Shown: positions 1 to 10,745 of the stretch, piece by piece | Layout: every line of letters starts with the position of its first letter | Numbering within the stretch: the first letter of the stretch is position 1 | Assembly: GCA_051294375.1 (NCBI GenBank) | Contig: CM119271.1 | Span: forward strand, 552,721-616,720 | Origin: Paraspadella gotoi | Lineage: Eukaryota; Animalia; Chaetognatha | Direction: 5' to 3' | Length of the DNA: 64,000 nt | Notes under the pieces: model-generated | Database searches by the model: none | What the model saw: only the letters and a program-made list of their open reading frames with translations | What the model was told of the DNA's origin: nothing | Translations under genes and position numbers: made by a program

Positions 1-852
1 TTTTTTTTATTTAAAAATCATATCCATAGGATATTACTTTCCATATCGAGCTCATTTTTTAATATAAACAGCCTAAGGGAGGTATGAGTAATCCATATCA
101 TATTCTGGCAAAGAATTTCTAATGAGCTTTGACATTTCTAAAATAAGATACAAAAACATTTTTGGGTGACTTGAGTCTTGTGTTCATTTTTATATCATCA
201 TTGTTCAAGGTTGTTAATCTCCTAATCATATCAGGATACAACTGAATTTGTTTACATTGCAAATCTTTTTAAATGTATGCATCCTTATTTGTATTATTAC
301 TAATTTCTTTATTATCTGTTAATTTTTTATTTATCAATGAATTAATCTTCTATAATAATTTTATTGGTTCTGGATCTGGTTAGTATCCAAAGTAGTTTAC
401 ATTACTTAATGCTGATACTCATATTTTATGCCATCTGCGCAAAGTATTTTTTGGCTTAAAACTATAGAGAATAACAAATTGAAAATATAGTGATAAAAAC
501 GAAAATTATTTAACAATAAAAGAAAATATATTGTTTATTTATCTTTAAAAATAAATATAAAGCAAAATATTTGTATTCAGAAATTTGCCTATATTTTATT
601 AAGAAAAATCATTTCTTTACCTTAGGCAATTTCAGTAACACTTTCTCAGTTTAATCAGGCAAAATATTACCTAAGTTCACCCCATACTAGTGTCAATTAG
701 AATCGAATATTGAGATTGAAACCAGAGAAAACAGAGATAGAGAGAGTGAGAGAGTGAGAGAGAGAGAGAGAGAGAATCAGTAGCCGGCTTTCCCTTGCGA
801 CCACAAACATGGCCAAGCTGGGCGCGAAAATCGTCGCCGCCACACTTTTCTT

Positions 853-1530
853 TTTTTAGTCGGATCTGCTTTCAGCAGATCCCGACTCTATAATTCACTT
901 TGTCGGTCCGTCGGGCGTTCCTCAATCTTGTCTTGGTTTGGCATTCACGAACGAATGTCGTCCGTCCATCCCACCTTAGCAGATGGATGGATTGGAATGA
1001 AATTTGTTGTGTGGGTGTAGGAAGTGTGTGATTGAGCTGGATATGAAGTTTCGATGAAATCGTCCAAGTGGAAATGAGTTAAATGGGAAAAACAAAAAAA
1101 TATATTTCACTATTTGACACCAATTACTCATGATGTGAATGGGGATTGACTTGAAATTTTGTATTTGGGTAGAAAATTGTGTGATTAACTGGAAATTTAG
1201 TTTCAATGGAATCAGTTTGAGTAGAAATGAGTTATAAAAACAAAGAACCTGTTTCACTAATTGATTATGCTTCTTTTTCCTTTTATTTTAAATGGAAATG
1301 CAAGATTATTAATTAATCAAATAATTAATTAGTTAATTAATCAATTAGTCAATTAATTAATCAATAATTAATTAATCAGTCAATTAGTCAATCAAAACAA
1401 ACATTTCAGATCAAATTAATTAATTAATAGCCTAATTAATTAAATAATTAACTTGATTAAATTAAATAATTAATAATTAATTACCGATAATGATCGTGGG
1501 CAGATCCGACATTGTTTGCTCAAACTTGTT
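853..1530 (-). mobile_element. Helentron-associated (HINE/DINE-1-like) non-autonomous element, family A
   Basis: Reverse complement of the element at 59754-60203 and 60341-60852. One end reads AACAAGTTTGAGCAAACAATGTCGGATCTGC; the other carries the hairpin GGATCTGCT..AGCAGATCCGAC plus an A/T run. Internal (GTCC)n microsatellite and a shared core (AAACTCATTTCCACT..CCATCGAAACTTCATATCCAGCTCAATCACACAC). Subterminal inverted repeat, terminal hairpin and microsatellite match the DINE-1/HINE layout. Confidence 0.65.
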
Positions 1531-1740
1531 TCTTTCTTTCTTTCATCTTTCTTTTTATCATTCTTTTTTATATTTTTCCCATGGCCTTTTGTTTGTCAAA
1601 TATAACTAGAGGCTTAACAGACACATCTGCCTCCATCTTCAGGTGTTGAAGAATATATTATAAATGTTTTACAACAACGACGAAACAGTTCAGGAGTAGA
1701 AAAACTACGCAGCTCCTCTTAATGATATAATTATACTCTT

Positions 1741-1792
<52 letters not shown>

Positions 1793-1967
1793 TAAGTTGT
1801 ATTTTCATCATTTCATTCCTTCACGTATTAATTTTATCACCCTAATATTTTTTTTATTATTTTTGTGACTCTGGCGATAAATTGTGACGCTCTATCGTTA
1901 ACTCCTAATTTAATCAGAAAAAAAAATACATACATAAACATAACAAACAAAAAACAAACATAACAAA

Positions 1968-2060
1968 ATGTCGTGTTTAAGCGACAAAGCGATTCTTCAC
2001 GCTATGTTCAACCCTGAAATGCCAGGTGAGAGAGAGAGAGACGAGAGAGAGAGAGTAGAC

Positions 2061-2100
<40 letters not shown>

Positions 2101-3001
2101 ATAGTGGAAGAAAGAACCAGTGAAAAGCTGGATATATCGTCAAAAGCGACTGAAAAAACTTCATAAGTTCCACTATCATATTACTATTAATATCCTTAAA
2201 TATTACAATAATAATATCTTTTACAATTAACTATTTATTTCAGTTTCCGAAAATCTGGCACAAGAGGAAGAACGATACGAGACATTGATGGACGACGAGC
2301 CGCCTTCCGAACTTTTGGACGAGGTGAAAGCGTTGGAGGTGCAGGGTGAGTCGTAGACGAGGTAAAAGTTATATGAAATTGGTACAACCAATATAAAAAT
2401 TATCCATTCATTAATAAATAAGCTTTCTTGCCCCTGACTTTGGACAGGCTTTGGTGGTTTAAGGCCTCCATCACTCTTACAAGATAATGACATAGCAGGT
2501 CCCTGCAAGCTTTCAATCAAGACTCTCTCACAGTCTCGTTTATTCACTCCCAGAGTACATGGCTTCCCGATCAATGAAGTGAATATATAATTTTATTTGT
2601 GACAAGCAAAGCAATGGACATTTTGGATGGAATGAAAATGTTGGAAGTAAAAAAATAAAATCTATCGGAATTTCCGAACAGTATAAACTTTGATATAATA
2701 GATTTTTTTTTTTCATTTTCATTCAGACTTAAACTCCTTTTATGATTCAGGCGTAAAAAAGGCTGAGAGTGGTGATCTTCATGGAGCCGAAGCCGACTTT
2801 ACCAAAGCCATCGAACTCATGCCCAACCGGCCGTCGGGTATGTCTTAGTTTGGGGATAAGAGCATTTAAACAGACGTCAATAATCAATTAATTAAACAAT
2901 CACTTTGTAATTGCCTCAAACAAAACGAAAGAAAGGATATATCACAAAAACAATAAATTGAAAAATCAATTCTTCACCCTTTAACCAAAAACAATAAGAT
3001 G

Positions 3002-3084
<83 letters not shown>

Positions 3085-4043
3085 CAGAGAGGAGCTAGAG
3101 AGAAAGGACAGAACACGTCCAGAGAGAGAGAGAGATAATTTTTTATCTGTAATTGATATGTACATTGTACAATCAATTTTACAGTAGACATATATTAATT
3201 AGTCGGCTTGTTAAGCGAAAAAAAAACCCGCACTTACTTGCAAAGAAAAAGAGAGAGAGAGGGTAATAGAGTAATAAGAGAGAGAGAGAGAGAGAGAGAG
3301 GGAGCGACAAAGATTAAAATGTAGCAATACCAGCGTTTTAATAACTTTTATTGAGGAATAAATAAATAAGCAAAGGAAAATAAATAAATAAATAAAAATC
3401 CCTTTCAGCTTACAACAACCGCGCTCAGGCCCGGCGTCTTCTTGGCGCCGCCGACGCCGCCCGCGCCGATCTCGATGCTGCAATCTCCCTCGTCGGAAAC
3501 ACACCCGGCAGCTGCAAGGTAAGGATCGACGGGATCCTCTTTTCGGCTCGCTTTTGAAAAAAACGTACCGTTTCTTTTACTAAAAACTAAGAATATAAAT
3601 ATATATTACATGTATATATTATATATATATATATTTAACCCTAATTTGTAACCTAATAAATAACCCAATCCCTAAACCTAATCCTTAACCTAATTCCTGA
3701 TCTTTAATCTAATCTTTAAACTTAAAAACTAATTTAATTTCGAATTTAACATGAAATTGGGCGCTTTTGAAGAATAAGGCCACGTTTTTACGTCCTTTCT
3801 TTCTTGCTTTCTTCCGTGATTCCCGCCCAGAGCAACAAAGCGCTTGGCCAGGCCCTCTGCCAGCGCGGCGTCCTCCGGCGCCTGGCCGGCGACGACGACG
3901 CCGCAGCCGAGGATTTCCGGCGCGCCGCCGAGCTGGGTGCGCCCTTCGCTCGGCAGATGCTCGTAAAAATGAATCCTTACGCTGCTCTGTGTAATCAGAT
4001 GCTGTCGGATATCGTGAGGAAAATTAAAGATGGAGAAGCTTGA
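1968..4043 (+). CDS. TTC36: Tetratricopeptide repeat protein 36, 5 exons (1968-2025, 2244-2345, 2751-2837, 3409-3518, 3831-4043)
   Basis: Phase-compatible GT-AG introns. Spliced protein MSCLSDKAILHAMFNPEMP...KALEVQGVKKAESGDL...PSAYNNRAQARRL...QRGVLRRLAGDDDAAAEDFRRAAELGAPFARQMLVKMNPYAALCNQML matches the recalled TTC36 motifs (D.AVL.AIFNP, SAYNNRAQA.RL, NPYAALCN.ML). Confidence 0.95.
2370..2595. repeat. Interspersed repeat family B (~220 bp, hairpin end ATTGGTACAACCAAT), HINE-like
   Basis: Related copies or fragments at ~6455-6500, ~9970-10105, ~15960-16085, ~24870-24990, ~38930-39130, ~53812-53930 and ~56880-57050, in both orientations. Shared blocks CTTGCCCCTGACTTTG, GCAGGTCCCTGCAAGCT and TCAATGAAGTG. 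Confidence 0.7.
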
Positions 4044-4655
4044 AGGGAAGATTGCTGCAGTAGCTCGGAATGCTGCTGATGCTGCTGCGGTAGCTGCTTT
4101 TGTTTGTTGTTTTATCGACGGTTGAAATTTATATCTTGATCTGATACAATTGAACGTTTTTTTGTGCTCATCGTAGTAACGAAATTATTTATACATACTT
4201 TTTTACAATCGTTTTAAAATTAAATTCTGTAAGTTAAAGCTTCGTAAATTTTTTTTCATTTGTCGGCAGAGAGAATAGAGCAGTTTTTTATTTATTATGA
4301 TTACGTTACCTCAGTTCCTATTTAAGATGGTCGTATAACGATTGTAATTCATCACACAATATAACAAGAATATGTCAAGATTATATCTAAAATAATCTTT
4401 TGTTTCCATAGACACTTTACTAAGTTAGACTAGAGGATGCACAAGTCATTTTATAACAAGACATATGAGCATCTTTAATATTTACGACCTGTTCATGAAA
4501 CCAGCTGTTGTTTGTTTGTCAATGACCATTGACCAATCAGCTCAATACCCAAGGAGCTTGTTATTTTTTTCTGTCGAGTCTTCCAAGTGATCTCGTTTAT
4601 AAGCCTTTGCAATAACTTCTCAAATAACCCGTGTTATACTTATAAAGAAGAAAAA

Positions 4656-6209
4656 ATGACTCTTGACCAATGGCAAGACCCGATAAAAATCGTCAGAACG
4701 TTCGTCTGCCTCATTTGCAAATTCCAATCCACCGATAATTCGTTGTTCAACCGTCACAAATTAACTCACGGCCCTGAAGATCGATCCAGAGCCTTTCCGT
4801 GCGCTCAATGCGACTATTCGGCCACTTCATTGAATAATTTGAAAAAACACGAGAAGTGTCACATTCCTAAAGAAGAGAGAAAGCTAAAGTGTCCGCATTG
4901 CTCGTACAAAACCCACATCGGCAGTAGTTTACGAAATCACTTATTCGTCCACTGCGAGGACAGGACTTGTCGGCTCTGCGGCTACGAAGCCCTATCGGGC
5001 AACGGCATGAGAATTCACGCCAAGTTGCATCAGTTGAAAGACGGAGTTTTGAGATGCGAGATTTGCAATTATTTAACGGACAAAGAGGACTGTTTTCAAA
5101 AGCATCGGACCTTCGGTTGTCATCAAACCGGACCCAGAGATTACCAATGCGATCGGTGTCCGTTTTCTTCGCGATTCAGAAGCGAAGTAATGGAACATAA
5201 GCGGGAATCGCACCAGGGAGAGGCAGTTAATTCAACGCAAGATGTTCTTGAAACGAGTCTCGATGCTAATGATTCAAGGGATGATGTTAAATTAAATATT
5301 CGACCGGAGCGAGCCACATCTAAAACCTCCGACAGCATAATCGTTGTAGAGAACGAGGTTAAAACTATTAATACTATAAATATCAATGAAAACAATTCGG
5401 AGAGTTGTTGTTCTTCTGAACTACAAGGCGAGCCCGGAAAAACCTCCCAACAAACCCTGGAAACTATCCAAAACTCACAAAAAGTCTACGAGTGTAAAAT
5501 TTGCCGTCGGGTGACTCAAAAGTGCAATTTAAGGTCGCACTTGGAACAGAACCACGGCGGGATTTTGAGTCACGTGCTCAGCCAACGTGGAGACGCCGAT
5601 CACGTGGATGAAGATAATTTCGAAATCGCGTCTTTTTTCGAAATTAGAAGCAAAGAGTCCGATTTACAAAAAGGCTCAAAAGCGGTCAAAAAGAAAATAC
5701 GAGTCTACTCGTGCGAACTTTGCGATTTTAAATCGAGATGGCCACACATCAAACGGCACATGGAGACGATACACGTCGGCGTTGTGAGGATGGCAAAGTC
5801 TACGACGCTAAATAAAGAGGTGCAGAATTCGAGAAAACGATCGGCGTCACCGTTTGCGAATTCTGGCGACAACTCGAGCGATATCAGCGACATCGCGCGG
5901 GGAAAAAAAAAATTTAAATCGCCCAAGGATCGAGAAAGCGGAGAGAGAGACGCTTCGCCCGATCGTATCGACGCCGAGGAAATACACTGTGCCCCGAGCG
6001 GCGGGAAAGAAACGCATCTTTTCCCGAGCGACGTCGAAAATTCTCCTGAAACTGCGCGCGTCTGTTCCGCCCACCGAAGTCCGCTAAGCCGAGTGTTCGA
6101 GTGTGGGCATTGCAAGTATTTCACCCCTTGGACGATAGCGATTAAGATGCATCTCTTGGGCCACGAGACAGATTTTCTTAAGTTTAATGTTTTTCTTGGC
6201 AAAAGTTGA
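4656..6209 (+). CDS. Intronless C2H2 zinc-finger protein (~517 aa, 9 fingers, REST-like C-x2-C-x-[FY] type)
   Basis: Open ORF from ATG 4656. Six clustered N-terminal fingers (e.g. FPCAQCDYSATSLNNLKKHEKCH, LKCPHCSYKTHIGSSLRNHLFVH) and three dispersed ones (YECKICRR..HLEQNH, YSCELCDF..HMETIH, FECGHCKY..HLLGH). Basic NLS-like patches. Confidence 0.9.
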   Translation: MTLDQWQDPIKIVRTFVCLICKFQSTDNSLFNRHKLTHGPEDRSRAFPCAQCDYSATSLNNLKKHEKCHIPKEERKLKCPHCSYKTHIGSSLRNHLFVHCEDRTCRLCGYEALSGNGMRIHAKLHQLKDGVLRCEICNYLTDKEDCFQKHRTFGCHQTGPRDYQCDRCPFSSRFRSEVMEHKRESHQGEAVNSTQDVLETSLDANDSRDDVKLNIRPERATSKTSDSIIVVENEVKTINTININENNSESCCSSELQGEPGKTSQQTLETIQNSQKVYECKICRRVTQKCNLRSHLEQNHGGILSHVLSQRGDADHVDEDNFEIASFFEIRSKESDLQKGSKAVKKKIRVYSCELCDFKSRWPHIKRHMETIHVGVVRMAKSTTLNKEVQNSRKRSASPFANSGDNSSDISDIARGKKKFKSPKDRESGERDASPDRIDAEEIHCAPSGGKETHLFPSDVENSPETARVCSAHRSPLSRVFECGHCKYFTPWTIAIKMHLLGHETDFLKFNVFLGKS

Positions 6210-6723
6210 GACGATTATGAAATATATCACTGTTACCTATTGCTTTCGATTGTACCTTTTTCTTGTTATTTTTAGTGCTTTTTTTCCCGAAACTAAATTT
6301 ATTACTTTTTTCGACTTAAACTTTGTTTCGTACGAAAATGAAAAATCTAAGAAACAGAATAGTACCTGGGATTTTTTCCAGGAACAGCTAGGTTATTGGA
6401 TTTTTTCTTGGTTGTGTAGATATTGAAAAGCAATATTAAACCATAATGATAATATATGAATGGATAATTTTTATATTGGTTGCACCAATTTCATATCTAG
6501 CTCTTTTGGGACTAACTTGTGCTTACAGCACAGAAATGTTTAACGACAGATGAAAAGGGGGATAATATTTGGAAGCTAGGCTAATTTATCTTTCAATCAA
6601 TAACAAAATTGTCTGAAAAATGCTCATTTAATTAAATCTTTTTGTATAGCATGTCTTATTTTTTCTTTATGAAATTTTGGGCCAAAATCAAAAAGAAGGA
6701 TGGTGACTTTTTTAGTTTTTAGT

Positions 6724-7215
6724 TTTTAGTCGGATCTGCTTATCAGTAGATCCCGACTCTATAATCCACTTTGTCGGTCCGTTGGTCACCTCCTTAATCT
6801 TGTCTTGTCATGTCAGAACAAAATTATTAATTATTATTAATAATTATTATTTTTATTATTATTATTATTAATTATTATGATAAACTATGTAAAAAAATGA
6901 TGTCCGTCCGTCCGTCTGATTACCCGTCATTGGATGGATGGATTAGAATACAATTTTGTGTGTAGGTAGGGAAGTGTGTGATTGAGTTGGATGTTTTGAT
7001 GGAATCGTACGAGTGGAAATGAGTTTAAATGGAAAAAACAAAAGTCATATTTACTTAGTATTTTTACTTATATTTACTAATAACTATTATATTTATTAAA
7101 AATTGGATAAATAAATTAAAACAAAATTTTGTGTGTGGTTAGGAAAGTATGTGATTAAGCTGGATATTAATTTTTGATGGAATCGAAGGAGTGGAAAAGA
7201 GTTTAAAATAGAAAA
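6724..7215 (-). mobile_element. Family A HINE-like element, partial
   Basis: Terminal hairpin GTCGGATCTGCTTATCAGTAGATCCCGAC, (GTCC)n tract and two core repeats. Recurs at ~12635 and ~21555 in the duplicated blocks. Confidence 0.65.
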
Positions 7216-7535
7216 CCATTGATTGATTGATTGATTGACCAAGCGGGGAAACGGCCGAGCCAGCAGCCAGAGGCAGTTAACGCCGCTGCTGGTAATACAG
7301 AACCCTTACTGTACAACAACAACTTGACATGGCTTGTGGACGGTGGTGCAAGCGTCACTTTGATGGCGCATTCGCGAGATCCGTGATTGTTAGATAACTC
7401 CTCTTGAGTCGGTGGAGCGTCGTCTTCCGTCTTCATCTCCAGATCCAGATCGAAAGCGTCGTCAACCGAAGAAATCTTCATCTTCTTCACCATCCGTCTA
7501 GGAAGCGTAGACTCGGAGCCGAGCGTCGTTAGTTT

Positions 7536-8040
7536 TAAATTTTTTGCATCATTTTTTCAACTTGCACCATTTTTTCAACTTGCTCCATTTTTTCAACTTT
7601 TTTTTTTCTGAAAGAAAACAGAGTAAACAAATAATTGCGGGAATGGTTGCAAAAAGTTCCCATGTTAACAATAAACTTAAACAAAAAAGGAAAAGAAAGG
7701 AGATCAGGGGGCCAAGTCAAGCAACTTGCACCAACTTCAATTTCACCATTTTTTCAATTTGCACATTTTTTCAACTGGCCTCATTTTTTCTACTTGCATA
7801 ATTTTTTAAATTCGCATTTTTTTTCAACTTGCACCATTTTTTTAACTTGCATCATTTTTTCAGCTTTCATCATTTTTTCAATTTAATTAATTAATAAATT
7901 AACTAATTAAAACATTTGAGTAAGCAAGTAAATAATAAAATTTCATGTCAACTTGACTTCGGTTTTTTTCGATTCCATCGAAACTTTATATTCTGCTCAA
8001 ACACAATATTTCATCTCATTCAATCCATCCAATTATTGAC
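7536..8040 (+). repeat. 18-bp minisatellite (TTTTTCAACTTGCA[CT]CAT) followed by a family A core, i.e. an internal HINE fragment
   Basis: Same unit and same downstream AT-rich/core order as 43391-43750. Confidence 0.7.
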
Positions 8041-10484
8041 TGAATTTTACTTTCGCTTTTAGACGATATTTTAGTCTTTTTGAAATTCTTTAATATAATG
8101 TTTTTTTTGATTCAGCAAAGGCAACTGCTCGATTTTCTCCGCGCGGTTTGGAAGAAAAATGTTTGAAAACTTATTATTTAATCTCATTCTAAGACATAAC
8201 AGTTAAAAATATTTTTTGGAAATATCCTTTTATAGTATAATAATGCTTCTGACAAGGTGTACATTGTATTTTGGTTTCAAATAATTTGAAGTAAGCAGGT
8301 AAGGTTCGGGTAAGTTACTTTTTTGGTTTCATTTTTGGAATTTAGCAAAAAAACCATTTTTTTCAATATTGTTAGAATATTACCGACAAAAATGATTAAA
8401 TTTTAACTCTAAGACAAAGTTGGCTAGACTACGGATTAATTGAAATCCTCTGCTGCATTTTCTAATTAAGAATCAATATCATTTTTGCTACTTTTAATAA
8501 AAAAAATTATGTCCATTTTTGTCCATTTTGAGTTTTATCTTGAGATTTGAATCACAAGATCATTAAAGAAAAATTTTTTACTCTGGTTTTCGGGTCCTTC
8601 TTATCTTCTTTACCTCTGAGTTTGATGTTAATCATTTATTGTTTGCCTATGAATTAATTTTTAAATTGACTAGTCAAAAACTTACATTTTTACATTTTAT
8701 TACAATTTGTTAAACGAAAATTCTTCAAAATGTCCACAATTCTAATCAAATATTCCCTATTGTTGGTGCTTCTAGTACCTAAAAAATTAGGGCAAAATAT
8801 TTAATACTTTAGCTGGAAAAAAATTTTTAAGCCTACTTTTAATTTGTGAGGATTTGTGAGGTGCGTTTTATTTGAACTTAAACTCGGTTTCTGACTTATT
8901 TTATAGTTTTAATAGCTGAGAAACATACTAAAGTTGACAAATTAAAAAACCGCCTCCTTTTATTGAAAGGGGAAGCGTGTCAGCAAATTAATTTCTCTCA
9001 TGCGACAGGTTTTTTGGCGGAAAAAATTTCCGCGCAAAAATCTGTCGATTTTTTAAATCTGCTTGGCAACCAAACTTCCGCTAAAAATCATAACACTACC
9101 CTAGATTTTTTTTTCTTTACATTACATTTTTAAAGATTTTTATACATCCAGTATGATATGAATGCAAAAAATGAGTGAGAATGAGAAAAAGAGGAGAGAA
9201 GAGAGAGAATGGGTGAGAAAAATTGAAAGGAGAGGGAGAAAGAGTGGAAAGAAATTAATATATGGGGAGAGGGGGGAAAACGAGAACAGTTGAGAGAAAA
9301 GAAAAGATAAAGAAACAGGGAGGAAAGAGAATCAGAGAGAGAGAGAAAACAGAGATTGAGAGGAAGGGGGAAATAAAGGTTAAGGAAGAAAAGAAGGGAT
9401 GACACAGAGAAATATGAGGACAGAAAAGTAGTAGAAAGGGAGAGAAGACAGAGAGAAAAAGAAAGAAGACAGAGAGAAGGTTCAAGAAAAAAAATAGTGG
9501 ATAAAAAGAAAAAAATTTAAAATATACCGTGCCGTTATTTTGCCTAAGCAGTAGTATATCTAAAAACGCGATAGATCTGACGAGCAATTTAATCTTTAAA
9601 AGTTCCCCTTACCCCCTTTAGTTCATCTTAATTATGGCAGAATACCGTAATTAGAATGATTGTCGTAAGAAATCATGTCTTAAGCGTATTTTGAAAGCAT
9701 AGAAATTCACCCAGTGAGTTCTATGTCTTAGGAAAGATAACTATAGCCACCGTTTTTTTAAATAAAGAGTGTTTCATATTTATCAGTGGAAAAAGAAATA
9801 ATAGTTATTTAAGTTTCATTTCATTGTTTGAAAATACCAGCAAATCAAAATCATGCCTTTTACTAAAAACTTACTTTTATCAAAAAAATTATTTAATGAT
9901 GTTAACCAGATAATTAAGTTAATCATGTAAGATTTCTGAATGCATAATTAAAAGGGTCAAACCGGTAAGAAATACTATGCTCATTATCTTGTTAAGAGTG
10001 ATGGAGGCCTTAAAATCCACCAAAAGCCTGTCCAAAGTCAGGGGCAAGATAGCTTTAATTTATTAAATGAATGGATAATTTTAATATTGGGTTTACAATT
10101 TCATAAAGTATTTGACGATAAGGCCTATTTCGTTAAAATATTCTTAAAAATTTGTCTTACTAGTTCAGAGTTAAAATGACAAAAGAAGATTAACTTTGTA
10201 TTAATTCGATTACTGTACGTTTAATTGAGAGGCCAATGCTCTAATAAACTCATTCGTTGTCGTTATGCCTAAAGCGGACACGTCACGCGCGTAAGATTTC
10301 CCTAGCAATGGTAAACAGTAACAAAACACAAAATCAAAACGTTCAAAAGAATCAAATCTTTACACCACCAACTTTGTTTAAAAAAACTGGTAGAAGATCG
10401 AAAATAAGTAATAATTTTTTTCCGAATTTTTTTCATTTTAGCGAAATTTCTGAAGAAAACGAAAACAAAAAAATTGGTTTAACG

Positions 10485-10745
10485 ATGCAAGCAGAAAAAG
10501 TTTTTTTCATTTGGTCTCACTCTTTGCCCTTCCTGTTCCAAAGCGAGCGTCCAAAGACGATCAAAAGTGAAGTCGCGCGACGCTTTGTTTTGTGTGGATT
10601 TTGTCCGATATTTTTTTATTCAATTTTGATTTGTTTTTTTTTTAGTGGAGAAAGTTGCTGCGCTTAAAGAAAATAAAGGGAGGAACGCACAAGTCAAAGG
10701 CGGATTTTTTAATTGACTGGGCCCAGGCAGCCAAACACGGACCGC
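10485..10745 (+). pseudogene. Noisy plus-strand copy of the small secreted peptide gene
   Basis: Aligns by eye to 16450-16690 and 25355-25597 but has many single-base insertions. Confidence 0.45.

Noticed and set aside
778-850. Short GC-rich island, possible exon
   Set aside because: No convincing splice partners or recognisable motif within the window.
2916-3504. ORFs rich in SL/ER repeats (likewise 9130-9587, 28664-29997, 31839-32081, 43049-43318, 48687-49516)
   Set aside because: Translations of (AG)n/(CT)n microsatellites, purine tracts or N gaps; apart from overlaps with the real exons listed, they are not coding.
5705-6202. 165-aa antisense ORF
   Set aside because: Shadow of the ZnF coding strand with no independent motif.
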